Made by a program: the position numbers and the translations under genes. From positions 3,170,602 through 3,234,601 of the forward strand of contig CAWIIB010000009.1 in assembly GCA_963836075.1 (NCBI GenBank): a stretch of DNA of 64,000 bases, given 5' to 3'. The notes beneath the pieces were generated by a model, which was not told the DNA's origin, made no database searches, and saw only the letters and a list, made by a program, of their open reading frames with translations. Positions 11,174 to 19,713 of the stretch are shown here, piece by piece; positions within the stretch are counted from its first letter, which is position 1; each line of letters begins with the position of its first letter. This DNA comes from an uncultured Acidobacteriota bacterium (lineage in GTDB: Bacteria > Acidobacteriota > JAQAZP01).

Positions 11174-11203
11174 TTGACCCGGCCACTTTTGCCGTGCTAG
11201 ACT
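11174..11203 (+). promoter_or_regulatory. Candidate sigma70-type promoter for the cyanophycin operon
   Basis: TTGACC (11174-11179), 18-nt spacer, TAGACT (11198-11203), about 75 nt upstream of the cyanophycinase start. Confidence 0.3.
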
Positions 11204-11277
11204 TCATCCCCTAATTCCTACATAGATAAGAGGCTTACGCACTGCCGCAGGGCAGGCGGCCAACATCCGGTGAATCC

Positions 11278-12090
11278 GTGAAGAGAAACGAACAGTTCAA
11301 GGCCAGGCGGGGGTATCTCGTCCTCATCGGCGGTGCCGAGGACCGTACCGGCCAGAAGGAAATACTCCGCCGCACCGTCGAGCTCAACGGTGCGAGCATA
11401 GTTTCCGTAATCCCCAGTGCCAGCCGCCACCCGGTGGAACTGGCCCGGCAGTATCGTCGGGCCTTTCGTGCACTGGGCGTCAGCCGGGTGCACACCCTCG
11501 ACATCCGCAGCCGTGTCGAAGCCGACCTGAACCGTCATGCCGAGCGGATCGCCGAGTCGGACCTGATCTTCTTCACCGGCGGCGACCAGGTTCGTCTGGT
11601 GCGCCTGCTGGGAAACAGCCGGGTGATCGAAGAGGCCCGGCAGCGGTTGCGCCAGGGCGCCACGGTGGCCGGGAGCAGCGCCGGAGCCGCCGCGGCCAGC
11701 GACCCCATGCTCTACGACGGCCAGCTCAAGGGACTGCACAAGGGCCGCGTGCGGCACAGCCACGGGTTCGGCTTCATCAGGGGCATCACCATCGATACCC
11801 ATTTCATCCAGCGCAACCGTATCGGCCGCCTGGCCCAGTTTCTGGTCAGCAGCCGCAACGACCGCGGTATCGGGCTCAGCGAGGATACGGCACTGATCAT
11901 CGGGCCGGGGGGCATCGGTGAAGTGGTGGGCCGCGGCACGGTGATCATCCTCAACTCCGAGGGGCTCCGCTACAGCAATTACAAGGAGAGTGAACTGGAT
12001 ACGCCCATCTCCCTGCATGGGCTCATGCTGGGCTTTCTCTCGTCCGGCATCCGGTTCAACATCCGGCGGTGGTCCGTTGTGAAATCGTGA
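11278..12090 (+). CDS. cphB: Cyanophycinase (peptidase S51), apparently cytoplasmic
   Basis: ORF track 270 aa, GTG start. Motifs YLVLIGGAEDRTG, IFFTGGDQ and the serine motif VAGSSAGAAA. No signal peptide. Confidence 0.85.
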   Translation: MKRNEQFKARRGYLVLIGGAEDRTGQKEILRRTVELNGASIVSVIPSASRHPVELARQYRRAFRALGVSRVHTLDIRSRVEADLNRHAERIAESDLIFFTGGDQVRLVRLLGNSRVIEEARQRLRQGATVAGSSAGAAAASDPMLYDGQLKGLHKGRVRHSHGFGFIRGITIDTHFIQRNRIGRLAQFLVSSRNDRGIGLSEDTALIIGPGGIGEVVGRGTVIILNSEGLRYSNYKESELDTPISLHGLMLGFLSSGIRFNIRRWSVVKS

Positions 12091-12112
12091 GAAACGGGAA
12101 AGGAGAGTCCTG

Positions 12113-14002
12113 ATGCAAGATTTCACGGTGCACTCATTCCAGAATTTCATTGGCCCGAATTTCTATCTCGACCGGCAGGCGCTGGTGATCAACCTGCTGC
12201 TGGCCCCGGCAGGTCCCGAGGTGGATTTTTACCGCGATGCGGTGCTGGAAAAGTTCCCCACGCTGGAGCAACGGTACCCGGACCGGGTGGCCGAGCTCTA
12301 CGCGCAGGTCCTGATCCAGGTGATGAAGATGGACATCGACCTGTTCATCAGCAAGTACGCGGTGCACGGCGACGGGGACGACGTCCTGGTGGCGGTGGAG
12401 TATCTGGATAACCTGATTGCCCGGAACTGCGCCGAGTTCGTCTCCCACTGGTTCCGCGCGCTGAACGACGAGGCGTCCTTTGATTTCGACGGCGGCTTCG
12501 TCAAGCTGCAGCAAGAGTTCGACGCCACCGTCTTTGGCGGCCCCACCATCTACTCCCTGATCGAAGCGGGTCTGAAGCGCGACATACCGGTGCTCTACCT
12601 CTACGAGGAAAACGTCTTCATGTGGGGCTACGGCAAGCGGCATGTCCGCGGGCGGTCCACCACTTTCCACACCGACTCGATCAAGGACACCGAGTTCACC
12701 ACCTATAAGGACATGGTCAAGGACTTCCTGCTGATGTGCGGGTTCCCCACACCCAGCGGCCGCAACACCTTCACCGCCGATGACGCGGTGGCCGAAGCCC
12801 ACGTGCAGGGCTACCCGGTGGTGGTCAAGCCGCTGGCCGGGCACAAGGGGCAGGGGGTGACCACCGGGATCAAGTCCGACGCCGAAGTGCGCACGGCGTT
12901 CGGCAAGATCCTCGAGTCGTGCCGCGAGGAGGGGGTTTCTTTTGACGGGGCCATCGTGGAGAAGGAGATCTACGGCACCGACCACCGCCTGCTCACGGTC
13001 AACGGCAAATTTGTCGCGGCCCTGGAACGGGTGCCGGCCTATGTGGACGGGGACGGGAAGAACAGCATCAGCGACTTGATCGCCATGGAGAACGACACCG
13101 TGGTCCGCCTGGACAACGCCCGTTCGCCGCTGTGCAAGATCAACATCGACGACGATCTGCGGGAATTCCTCCAGCTGCAGGACCTGTCCCTGGACGTGGT
13201 GCCGGAGAAGGGCCAGCGGATCTATCTGCGGCGGGTGGCCAACATCTCGGCCGGCGGTGTCTCGATCAACGTCACCGACAGGATGCACCCGAAAAACGTG
13301 AAGATGGTGGAGGACATCGCCAAGTTTATCGAGGTGGGGATTCTCGGCATCGACGTGCTGGCCGAGGACATCTCCAAGCCGTGGGACGAGGGGAGTTTCG
13401 GCATCATCGAGATCAACGCCGGGCCCGGCGTGTTCATGCACCTGGCCCCGGCCATCGGCGAGTCGATCGACGTGCCGGGCAAGGTGATGGAGGGCCACTT
13501 CCCGCCGCCGGCCCGGGGGCGGGTGCCGATCATCGCCGGCAACCGGATCGACAGCGGGTTGGCCGGCGAGATCCACAGGATGCTGGACGGCATACGGCCG
13601 GGTCTGGAGTTCGGCGCCCTCACCGCCGACGGCATCCACTTCAACGGCGAGTATTTCCACAACAACAAGCACCACGACGACAACGCCAAGCTGCTGCTGC
13701 GCAACCCGAAGCTCGACGCGGCGCTGTTCAGCCACACCGCGGACCAGATCGACGACTACGGGATGGTGCACCAGGGCGCCGACCTGGTGATCCTGGAAGA
13801 GCCGGAAGGCCCGGAGTCGATAGTGCGGCGCGACCTGCTGCCCGGCGGCTGGCTGGTTGAGGCCGGGGAGGGCCGGGCGGTGATGACCCGGGACGGCGAG
13901 GAGGTGGGCCGACTCTCCTTCGATGAAGCCGGCGGCCGGGACGCGGCGCTGCTCGACCTGGTGGGCCGGGTGTCCGCTGAACTGCTCTCGAAATACGAAT
14001 GA
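12113..14002 (+). CDS. Cyanophycin synthetase paralogue, CphA2-like (N domain + ATP-grasp G domain + degenerate short M domain)
   Basis: ORF track 629 aa with RBS AAAGGAGAG. ATP-grasp core GYPVVVKPLAGHKGQGV..LLTVNGKFVAALERVPA..ANISAGG..IIEINAGPG. Where CphA1 has the Mur P-loop it reads PIIAGNRIDSGLAG. Confidence 0.8.
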   Translation: MQDFTVHSFQNFIGPNFYLDRQALVINLLLAPAGPEVDFYRDAVLEKFPTLEQRYPDRVAELYAQVLIQVMKMDIDLFISKYAVHGDGDDVLVAVEYLDNLIARNCAEFVSHWFRALNDEASFDFDGGFVKLQQEFDATVFGGPTIYSLIEAGLKRDIPVLYLYEENVFMWGYGKRHVRGRSTTFHTDSIKDTEFTTYKDMVKDFLLMCGFPTPSGRNTFTADDAVAEAHVQGYPVVVKPLAGHKGQGVTTGIKSDAEVRTAFGKILESCREEGVSFDGAIVEKEIYGTDHRLLTVNGKFVAALERVPAYVDGDGKNSISDLIAMENDTVVRLDNARSPLCKINIDDDLREFLQLQDLSLDVVPEKGQRIYLRRVANISAGGVSINVTDRMHPKNVKMVEDIAKFIEVGILGIDVLAEDISKPWDEGSFGIIEINAGPGVFMHLAPAIGESIDVPGKVMEGHFPPPARGRVPIIAGNRIDSGLAGEIHRMLDGIRPGLEFGALTADGIHFNGEYFHNNKHHDDNAKLLLRNPKLDAALFSHTADQIDDYGMVHQGADLVILEEPEGPESIVRRDLLPGGWLVEAGEGRAVMTRDGEEVGRLSFDEAGGRDAALLDLVGRVSAELLSKYE

Positions 14003-14041
14003 AGCGGGGAGCCGGACCATACCCCGCGCGGAGGGAAGAGG

Positions 14042-15202
14042 ATGATTCTGTTCAAGGGATGTGATCTTTACTCACCCGAACCCCGGGGTGTGAAGGATGT
14101 GCTGGTGGCCGGGGGGCGGGTGGTGGCCGTGGCGGACACCATCGGCGAACCGGCCGGGGTGGAGGTGGAAGTGATCTCCGCCGGCGGGCTGAAAATGGTC
14201 CCCGGTTTTGTCGACGGGCATGTGCACACCGCCGGCGCCGGCGGCGAAGGCGGGCCGGCCACCCGCACGCCGGAGATGCCGCTCTCCTACCTGCTGGAGG
14301 CCGGGGTCACCACGGTGATCGGCTGCCTGGGCACCGACGGACTGACCCGTTCGGTGGAGAGCGTGCTGATGAAGACCAAGGCGCTCAGGGCCGAGGGGGT
14401 CTCCGCGTTCATGCTCACCGGGGCCTACCAGGTCCCCACCCCCACCATCCTTGGTGACGTGGGCAAGGACATCGCCATGATCGACGAGGTGATCGGGGCG
14501 GGGGAGATCGCCGTCTCCGACCACCGCAGTTCCGGGCCCACGGTGGACGAGCTGATCAAACTGGTGGCCCACGCCCGGGTGGGCGGCATGCTGGGCGGCA
14601 AGGGCGGCATCGTCAACTTCCACATGGGCGACGCCAAAAACCCCTTCCAGATCCTCCACGACGTGGTCTCGCGCAGTGAACTTAAATACACCCAGTTCCT
14701 GCCCACCCACTGCAACCGCAACGACTACATCTTCGAGGACACCAAGACGTACGGCAAGACCGGCTACGTCGATATCACCGCCAGCTCCTGGCCCTTCTTC
14801 CCCGAATACGAGACCAAACCGTCCAAGGCCATTGTCCAGCTGCTGGCCGCCGGTGTCCCGCTGGAGCACATCACCATGACCTCCGACGGCTGCGGGTCGC
14901 TGCCCGACTTCGACGAGCAGGGAAACCTGGTCAAGCTGGAGATGGGCAAGCCCAAGTCAGTGCTCGACGAGCTGCGCGACACGGTGCTGGAGGAGAAACT
15001 CGGGCTGGACCAGGCGGTGCAGGTGGTGAGCACCAACCCGGCGAGGGTCTTCAAGCTGCCGGGCAAGGGCGTGGTGGCCCCCGGCGCCGACGCCGACCTG
15101 CTGCTGCTGGACGGGGAGTTCCGGGTCCACCACATGGTGGCCCGGGGTGCGATGATGGTGCGGGACGCGGTTGCGCTGACCAGGGGCAGCTACGAAGTCT
15201 GA
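14042..15202 (+). CDS. iadA: Isoaspartyl (beta-aspartyl) dipeptidase
   Basis: ORF track 386 aa. Motifs PGFVDGHVHTAGAGGEGGPATRTPE and GEIAVSDHRSS, typical of the amidohydrolase-fold IadA family. RBS GGAGGGAAGAGG. Confidence 0.85.
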   Translation: MILFKGCDLYSPEPRGVKDVLVAGGRVVAVADTIGEPAGVEVEVISAGGLKMVPGFVDGHVHTAGAGGEGGPATRTPEMPLSYLLEAGVTTVIGCLGTDGLTRSVESVLMKTKALRAEGVSAFMLTGAYQVPTPTILGDVGKDIAMIDEVIGAGEIAVSDHRSSGPTVDELIKLVAHARVGGMLGGKGGIVNFHMGDAKNPFQILHDVVSRSELKYTQFLPTHCNRNDYIFEDTKTYGKTGYVDITASSWPFFPEYETKPSKAIVQLLAAGVPLEHITMTSDGCGSLPDFDEQGNLVKLEMGKPKSVLDELRDTVLEEKLGLDQAVQVVSTNPARVFKLPGKGVVAPGADADLLLLDGEFRVHHMVARGAMMVRDAVALTRGSYEV

Positions 15203-15219
15203 GCCGGAAGGAGAGACAG

Positions 15220-17409
15220 GTGAACGAGGACCAGCCCCAGTGCCATCTCGAGGAGGGGCCGCTCCGGGCGCTGGGCATCAAGGTCCTCGCCGGGCCCAAC
15301 TATTTCAGCGCCGGGCCGGTGGTGGCCCTGCGCCTCGACCTGGGCGCCTTTGACGAAGTCTTCACCGCTGATATCCCCGGCTTTGCCGAGCGGTTGCGCA
15401 GACTGCTCCCTTCGCTGCAGAGCCACCACTGCTCGGTGGGCCAGCCGGGCGGGTTCCTCCTGCGGGTCAGCGAAGGGACCCTGCTGGGCCACGTCACCGA
15501 ACACGTGGCCATCGAACTGCAGACCCTGGCCGGGATGGACGTGAGTTACGGCAAGACGCGCAGCACGGCCACCCAGGGGGTGTACAATGTCATCTTCCGG
15601 TTCCTCGACGAGGAGGTGGGCCTTTACACCGCCCGCGCCGCGCTGAACCTGGTCAACTCCATCCTGGAGAAACGCCCCTTTGATCCGGCAGCGGTGATCG
15701 GCGACCTGGTGCGCATCCGCGAGGACCGCCTGCTGGGCCCCAGTACCCGGGCGGTGGTGGACCGGGCCGAGCAGCGGGGCATCCCCTGGTACCGGCTGGA
15801 CCGCTACAACCTGGTGCAGCTGGGCACCGGCAAATACCAGAAGCGGGTCCGGGCCACCGTCACCTCGGACACCAGCCTGCTGGCGGTGGAAACCGCGGAC
15901 GACAAGTATCTGACCAACAGCATGCTCGCCGATGCCGGCGTTCCGGTGCCCCCCACGGTGCTGGCCACCGCCGCCGCCGCAGTGGAGGCCTTCCGCAAGC
16001 AGCATCGAACGCCGCTGGTGGTCAAACCGTGCGCCGGGCACCTGGGTCAGGGAATCACCCTGGGGACGTCGACGCCTCAGGCCGTGGAGGAGGCCGTGGC
16101 CCGGGCCCTGCAGTTCGACGACTCGATCATCGCCCAGCCGCAGGTGCCCGGGGAGAGCTACCGCCTGCTGGTGATCAACGGGCAGTGCGTGGCGGCGGCC
16201 CGGCTGGTCCCGCCAATGGTCACCGGTGACGGGCGGCAGACGGTGGAGCAGCTGGTGGCCGGGCTGAACAGCGACCCGGCGCGCGGGGTGGGCGACAAAT
16301 CGAAGCTGAGCCTGGTGGAACCGGACGAGGAGACCGAACGGATTCTCCATCTGGGCGGCCTGACCATGGGCTCGGTGCTGCCCGCCGGCCAATCGTTGGC
16401 TCTCACCATCTCGGGTAACCTGCGCCTGGGCGGGGCGAGCCACGATATCACCGACCAGGTCCACCCGATGAACCGCATGCTCGCCGAGCGGGCGGCGCGG
16501 GCCCTGGGGCTGGACGTGGCCGGTGTGGACGTGGTGGCCCCGTCGCTGGAGCAGTCGATCCTCGACAACGGCGGGGTGGTGATCGAGGTGGGGGCGGCGC
16601 CCGACTTCCGCCTGCACCTCAACCCGCTGTCCGGCCGTCCGCGCGATGTGGCCGTCCCCTTCGTGGAGATGCTCTTCCCCGACGGCGGCCACGGCCGGGT
16701 GCCGGTGGTGGCGGTCACCGGCACCGATGGCAAGACCACCACCGTGGACATCCTGCACCACTGCCTCGCCAGCACCGGCTACCGGGTGGGCCGGGCCACC
16801 TCCCGGGGGCTGATGGTGGGCGAGGAGGTGCTGATCCGGGGCGAGATGACCGGCTTCGAGAGCGCGGCGATGACCCTGCGCGACCCGACCATCGACTGCG
16901 CCCTGCTGGAAGTGCCGGTGGAGACGATTCTCGACCGCGGCCTGGGCTACCAGTTTGCCGACATCGCCGTGGTGCTCAATCTGCGTGACGAGGGGCTGCT
17001 CTACGACGAGGCCGCGATCATGGAGGACATCGCCTACGCCCACTCGGTGGTTGCCGAACAGGTCTACGAGGACGGGCACACCGTGCTCAACGCCGATGAC
17101 CAGCTGGTCCTCGAGATGGGGGAACGTCTCTACAGCACACCGGTGCTCTTTTCGCGGGATCCGGGTAACCCGGCGGTGGTTGAGCTGGCCGCGGCCGGCG
17201 GCCGGGTGGTGACGGTGGAGGATGGACAGGTGGTGGTCATCGACCGGGGTGAACGGACCCAACTGACCGCGCTGGAAGCCATCCCCCTGCTGGCCGGCGA
17301 GGACGGTACTCTGAACCTGGACAACGTGCTGGCCGCGTCAGCGGTCCTCTACTGTTTCGGCGCCTCCGTGGAGCGGATCACCGAAACCCTGCTGGGGTTC
17401 AGAAAGTAA
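15220..17409 (+). CDS. cphA: Cyanophycin synthetase (N + G + central Mur-ligase domain), C-terminally truncated relative to about 870-aa CphA1
   Basis: ORF track 729 aa, GTG start after GGAAGGAGAG. N domain LGHVTEHVAIELQ. ATP-grasp VVKPCAGHLGQG..LVINGQCVAAARL. Mur P-loop VAVTGTDGKTTT. The protein ends at ..ITETLLGFRK, where the Mur C-terminal lobe would begin. Confidence 0.85.
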   Translation: MNEDQPQCHLEEGPLRALGIKVLAGPNYFSAGPVVALRLDLGAFDEVFTADIPGFAERLRRLLPSLQSHHCSVGQPGGFLLRVSEGTLLGHVTEHVAIELQTLAGMDVSYGKTRSTATQGVYNVIFRFLDEEVGLYTARAALNLVNSILEKRPFDPAAVIGDLVRIREDRLLGPSTRAVVDRAEQRGIPWYRLDRYNLVQLGTGKYQKRVRATVTSDTSLLAVETADDKYLTNSMLADAGVPVPPTVLATAAAAVEAFRKQHRTPLVVKPCAGHLGQGITLGTSTPQAVEEAVARALQFDDSIIAQPQVPGESYRLLVINGQCVAAARLVPPMVTGDGRQTVEQLVAGLNSDPARGVGDKSKLSLVEPDEETERILHLGGLTMGSVLPAGQSLALTISGNLRLGGASHDITDQVHPMNRMLAERAARALGLDVAGVDVVAPSLEQSILDNGGVVIEVGAAPDFRLHLNPLSGRPRDVAVPFVEMLFPDGGHGRVPVVAVTGTDGKTTTVDILHHCLASTGYRVGRATSRGLMVGEEVLIRGEMTGFESAAMTLRDPTIDCALLEVPVETILDRGLGYQFADIAVVLNLRDEGLLYDEAAIMEDIAYAHSVVAEQVYEDGHTVLNADDQLVLEMGERLYSTPVLFSRDPGNPAVVELAAAGGRVVTVEDGQVVVIDRGERTQLTALEAIPLLAGEDGTLNLDNVLAASAVLYCFGASVERITETLLGFRK

Positions 17410-17440
17410 AAATGGGGACGGTAAACGTCCCCATTTTTTA
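17407..17440. terminator. Bidirectional intrinsic terminator squeezed between two convergent stop codons
   Basis: A-tract 17408-17412. Stem atggggacg (17412-17420), loop gtaaa, stem cgtccccat (17426-17434). T-tract 17434-17439. The flanking stops are TAA 17407-17409 (+) and TAA 17438-17440 (-). Confidence 0.8.
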
Positions 17441-18268
17441 CACCCGGCCGAAGAGCTGCAGCAGCCGCAGCTTGAACACCACCCAGATCGATTCCCAGAT
17501 GATCGATTTGGAGATCTTCGACTGCCCTTCACGCCGTTCCTGGAAGATGATGGGGATCTCACCGAGACGGAACCCCTTTCTCCAGGCCAGAAAGCTCATC
17601 TCGATCAGGAAGACGTAGCCGTTGGAGCGGATCCCTGCCAGGTCGATGGCCTCCAGCACCTCGCGGCGGTAGCAGCGGTAGCCGCTGGTGATGTCTTTCA
17701 GCGGCAGCCCGGTGACCAGACGGGCATAGAGGTTGGCCCAGGTGCTGAGGATCAACCGCCGCAGGGGCCAGTCCAGCACCCGTACACCGCCGATATAGCG
17801 GGATCCCTGGACCACGTCGAAGCGGCCGGCGGCTTCGATCATCCTGGGGATCTCCCGCGGGTCGTGGGAGAAATCGGCGTCCATGCCGATGATGGTCTGG
17901 TAGCCCCGCTCCAGGGCGAAGTTGAACCCGGCAACGTAGGCCGTTCCCAGCCCCCGCTGGTTCTTGCGCCGGATCAGGTGCAGCCGGCTGGCCTCGGCGA
18001 TCCTGGCTTCCACAACCTCCCAGGTGCGGTCCGGGGAATCGTCGTCCACCACCAGCAGGTCCACCTCGGGTGCGTGGACGAAGATCGCATCGATCATCCG
18101 ACCGATGTTCTCCCGCTCTTCGTAGGTTGGAATGACCACCAGGGTGCTGTTCTGCATGGTTGTACCGGGTTGGGGGGGATACGATGCCCTCACGGTGGGA
18201 TTGTAGTCCATATCGGGGAAGTCCACAAAGCTCCGGAAGCGGGAGGGGATGGCCGGTTCGGTCTTCAC
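17438..18268 (-). CDS. Polyprenol-monophosphomannose synthase (GT2, Dpm1/Ppm1-like)
   Basis: Motif VVIPTYEERENI..LLVVDDDSPDRT..GLGTAYVAGF..IIGMDADFSHDP..VQGSRY. The track start GTG 18268 overlaps the upstream stop (GTGA). An alternative ATG at 18157 (MQNSTLVVIPTYEE) gives the usual length. Confidence 0.85.
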   Translation of the reverse strand: MKTEPAIPSRFRSFVDFPDMDYNPTVRASYPPQPGTTMQNSTLVVIPTYEERENIGRMIDAIFVHAPEVDLLVVDDDSPDRTWEVVEARIAEASRLHLIRRKNQRGLGTAYVAGFNFALERGYQTIIGMDADFSHDPREIPRMIEAAGRFDVVQGSRYIGGVRVLDWPLRRLILSTWANLYARLVTGLPLKDITSGYRCYRREVLEAIDLAGIRSNGYVFLIEMSFLAWRKGFRLGEIPIIFQERREGQSKISKSIIWESIWVVFKLRLLQLFGRV

Positions 18269-19713
18269 TCCTCGACGTAGCCCAGGTCTTTCAGTTTCCG
18301 CGCGGTTTCCTCGTCAGCCGGTTGGGGGGGGCGATCCGCCCAGCGGGCGGCCATGGCGGCCATATGGGTGTGCGGGGCCATGTATCGGCGGGAGAGTTCT
18401 TCGGCGAACAGGGGCTGTTCGTCCCGCAGGTCGACTTTTTCCAGCGGGTCGCGGTGCAGGTCGTGGAGGCCGGTGAGCCGGCCTTCGGCGTCGAAGGTGG
18501 CCTTCATGCCGTCCACCAGCCAGGCCCGGCGGCCATCCTCGCCGCGGGTGAAGAGCAGGGGCGCGGGGATGTCATTTGCCTTGCCGCCGGGGGTGGGAGA
18601 CTGGCGGAGCAGCGGTGAGAGATCGCGGCCCTGGAAACCATCCGGTGCGTCGATGCCGAGCAGGGCGAGGATGGTGGGCGCCACGTCGAGCAGGGTGGCC
18701 GGACGGTGCAGCACGCCGGCGGCCACCCCCGGGCCGGCCAGGATCAGCGGCACGCGGTTCACCGGTTCACCCAGGGAGAGGGTGTGGCCGAAGTAGCAGT
18801 CCTTCTCGCCCAGCGCTTCACCGTGGTCGGCGGTGACCGCCACCAGGGTGCTCTGCTCCAGGCCCAGGGCGCGGAGCAGGTGGATGACCTCACCGATGCA
18901 GCGGTCGGTGTAGCGCACCTCACCGGCATAGTCGTCCCGCACCGCTGACGCCGCCGCCGGCGGGAGGGGCTGCCGGCGGTGGTGGAGGTCGAGAAACTGT
19001 TCGATGGTGCGGGGGCGATCCAGGTGACGGTTCCGGGGTGTGCGGTAGGGGGGCGGGGGAGCGTACTGCTGGTGGGGGTCCATGTAGTGCAGCCAGAGCA
19101 TGAACGGCCGGTCCCGGTTGCGGCGCAGCCAGCGGGCGGCTGCCCGGGATGTGTCTCCGGCCTGCAGCGGCAGGAAGCCGGAGGGGGTGGCGGCCGACGG
19201 CCGCCGACCGGTTTTGTAGAGTGGGAGATACTGGTCAAAGCCCTGCTCCAGGTTCCAGCCGGTCCCCACCACCCAGCTGCTGACCATGGCCGCGGTGGCC
19301 ATGCCGGAGTGGCGGCAGGCCCGGGCCAGGGTGGGCAGCTCCCCGCCGATGGCTATGCCGTTGCCGAAACCGCCGTGGCCCTCGGGCGGCAGCGAGGTGA
19401 GCAGCGAGGCGTGGGCCGGCAGGGTGGTGTTGGCCGGGGTGACCACGTGCGGGATCAGGGTGCCGTGGCGGGCGAGGTCGTCGAGGTGCGGGGAGATCTG
19501 CGCCGGGTGGCCGCAGGTGGAGAGGTGATCGGTACGCAGGGTGTCCACGGTGATCAGCAGCAGGCTGGTTGCCGGGGCGGCCTGTTCCGTGCGAGGAGCT
19601 GTTTCGGGGCCGCCGCAACCGGCGACGGAGCAGAGCAGGGCGGCAAAGAGCAGGACGGCACACGGCAGGCCGGCAACCGCGGTGCGGTCACTGCTCCCCC
19701 CACCGCCGGTCAC
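18265..19713 (-). CDS. Second sulfatase-fold lipoprotein lacking the C/S-x-P-x-R motif
   Basis: ORF track 482 aa. Lipobox SVAGCGG. Motifs LLLITVDTLRTDHL and TADHGE. T-L-P-A-H (19411-19425) sits at the formylglycine position. The tail is HDLHRDPLEKVDL..KDLGYVEE. Confidence 0.85.
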   Translation of the reverse strand: MTGGGGSSDRTAVAGLPCAVLLFAALLCSVAGCGGPETAPRTEQAAPATSLLLITVDTLRTDHLSTCGHPAQISPHLDDLARHGTLIPHVVTPANTTLPAHASLLTSLPPEGHGGFGNGIAIGGELPTLARACRHSGMATAAMVSSWVVGTGWNLEQGFDQYLPLYKTGRRPSAATPSGFLPLQAGDTSRAAARWLRRNRDRPFMLWLHYMDPHQQYAPPPPYRTPRNRHLDRPRTIEQFLDLHHRRQPLPPAAASAVRDDYAGEVRYTDRCIGEVIHLLRALGLEQSTLVAVTADHGEALGEKDCYFGHTLSLGEPVNRVPLILAGPGVAAGVLHRPATLLDVAPTILALLGIDAPDGFQGRDLSPLLRQSPTPGGKANDIPAPLLFTRGEDGRRAWLVDGMKATFDAEGRLTGLHDLHRDPLEKVDLRDEQPLFAEELSRRYMAPHTHMAAMAARWADRPPQPADEETARKLKDLGYVEE

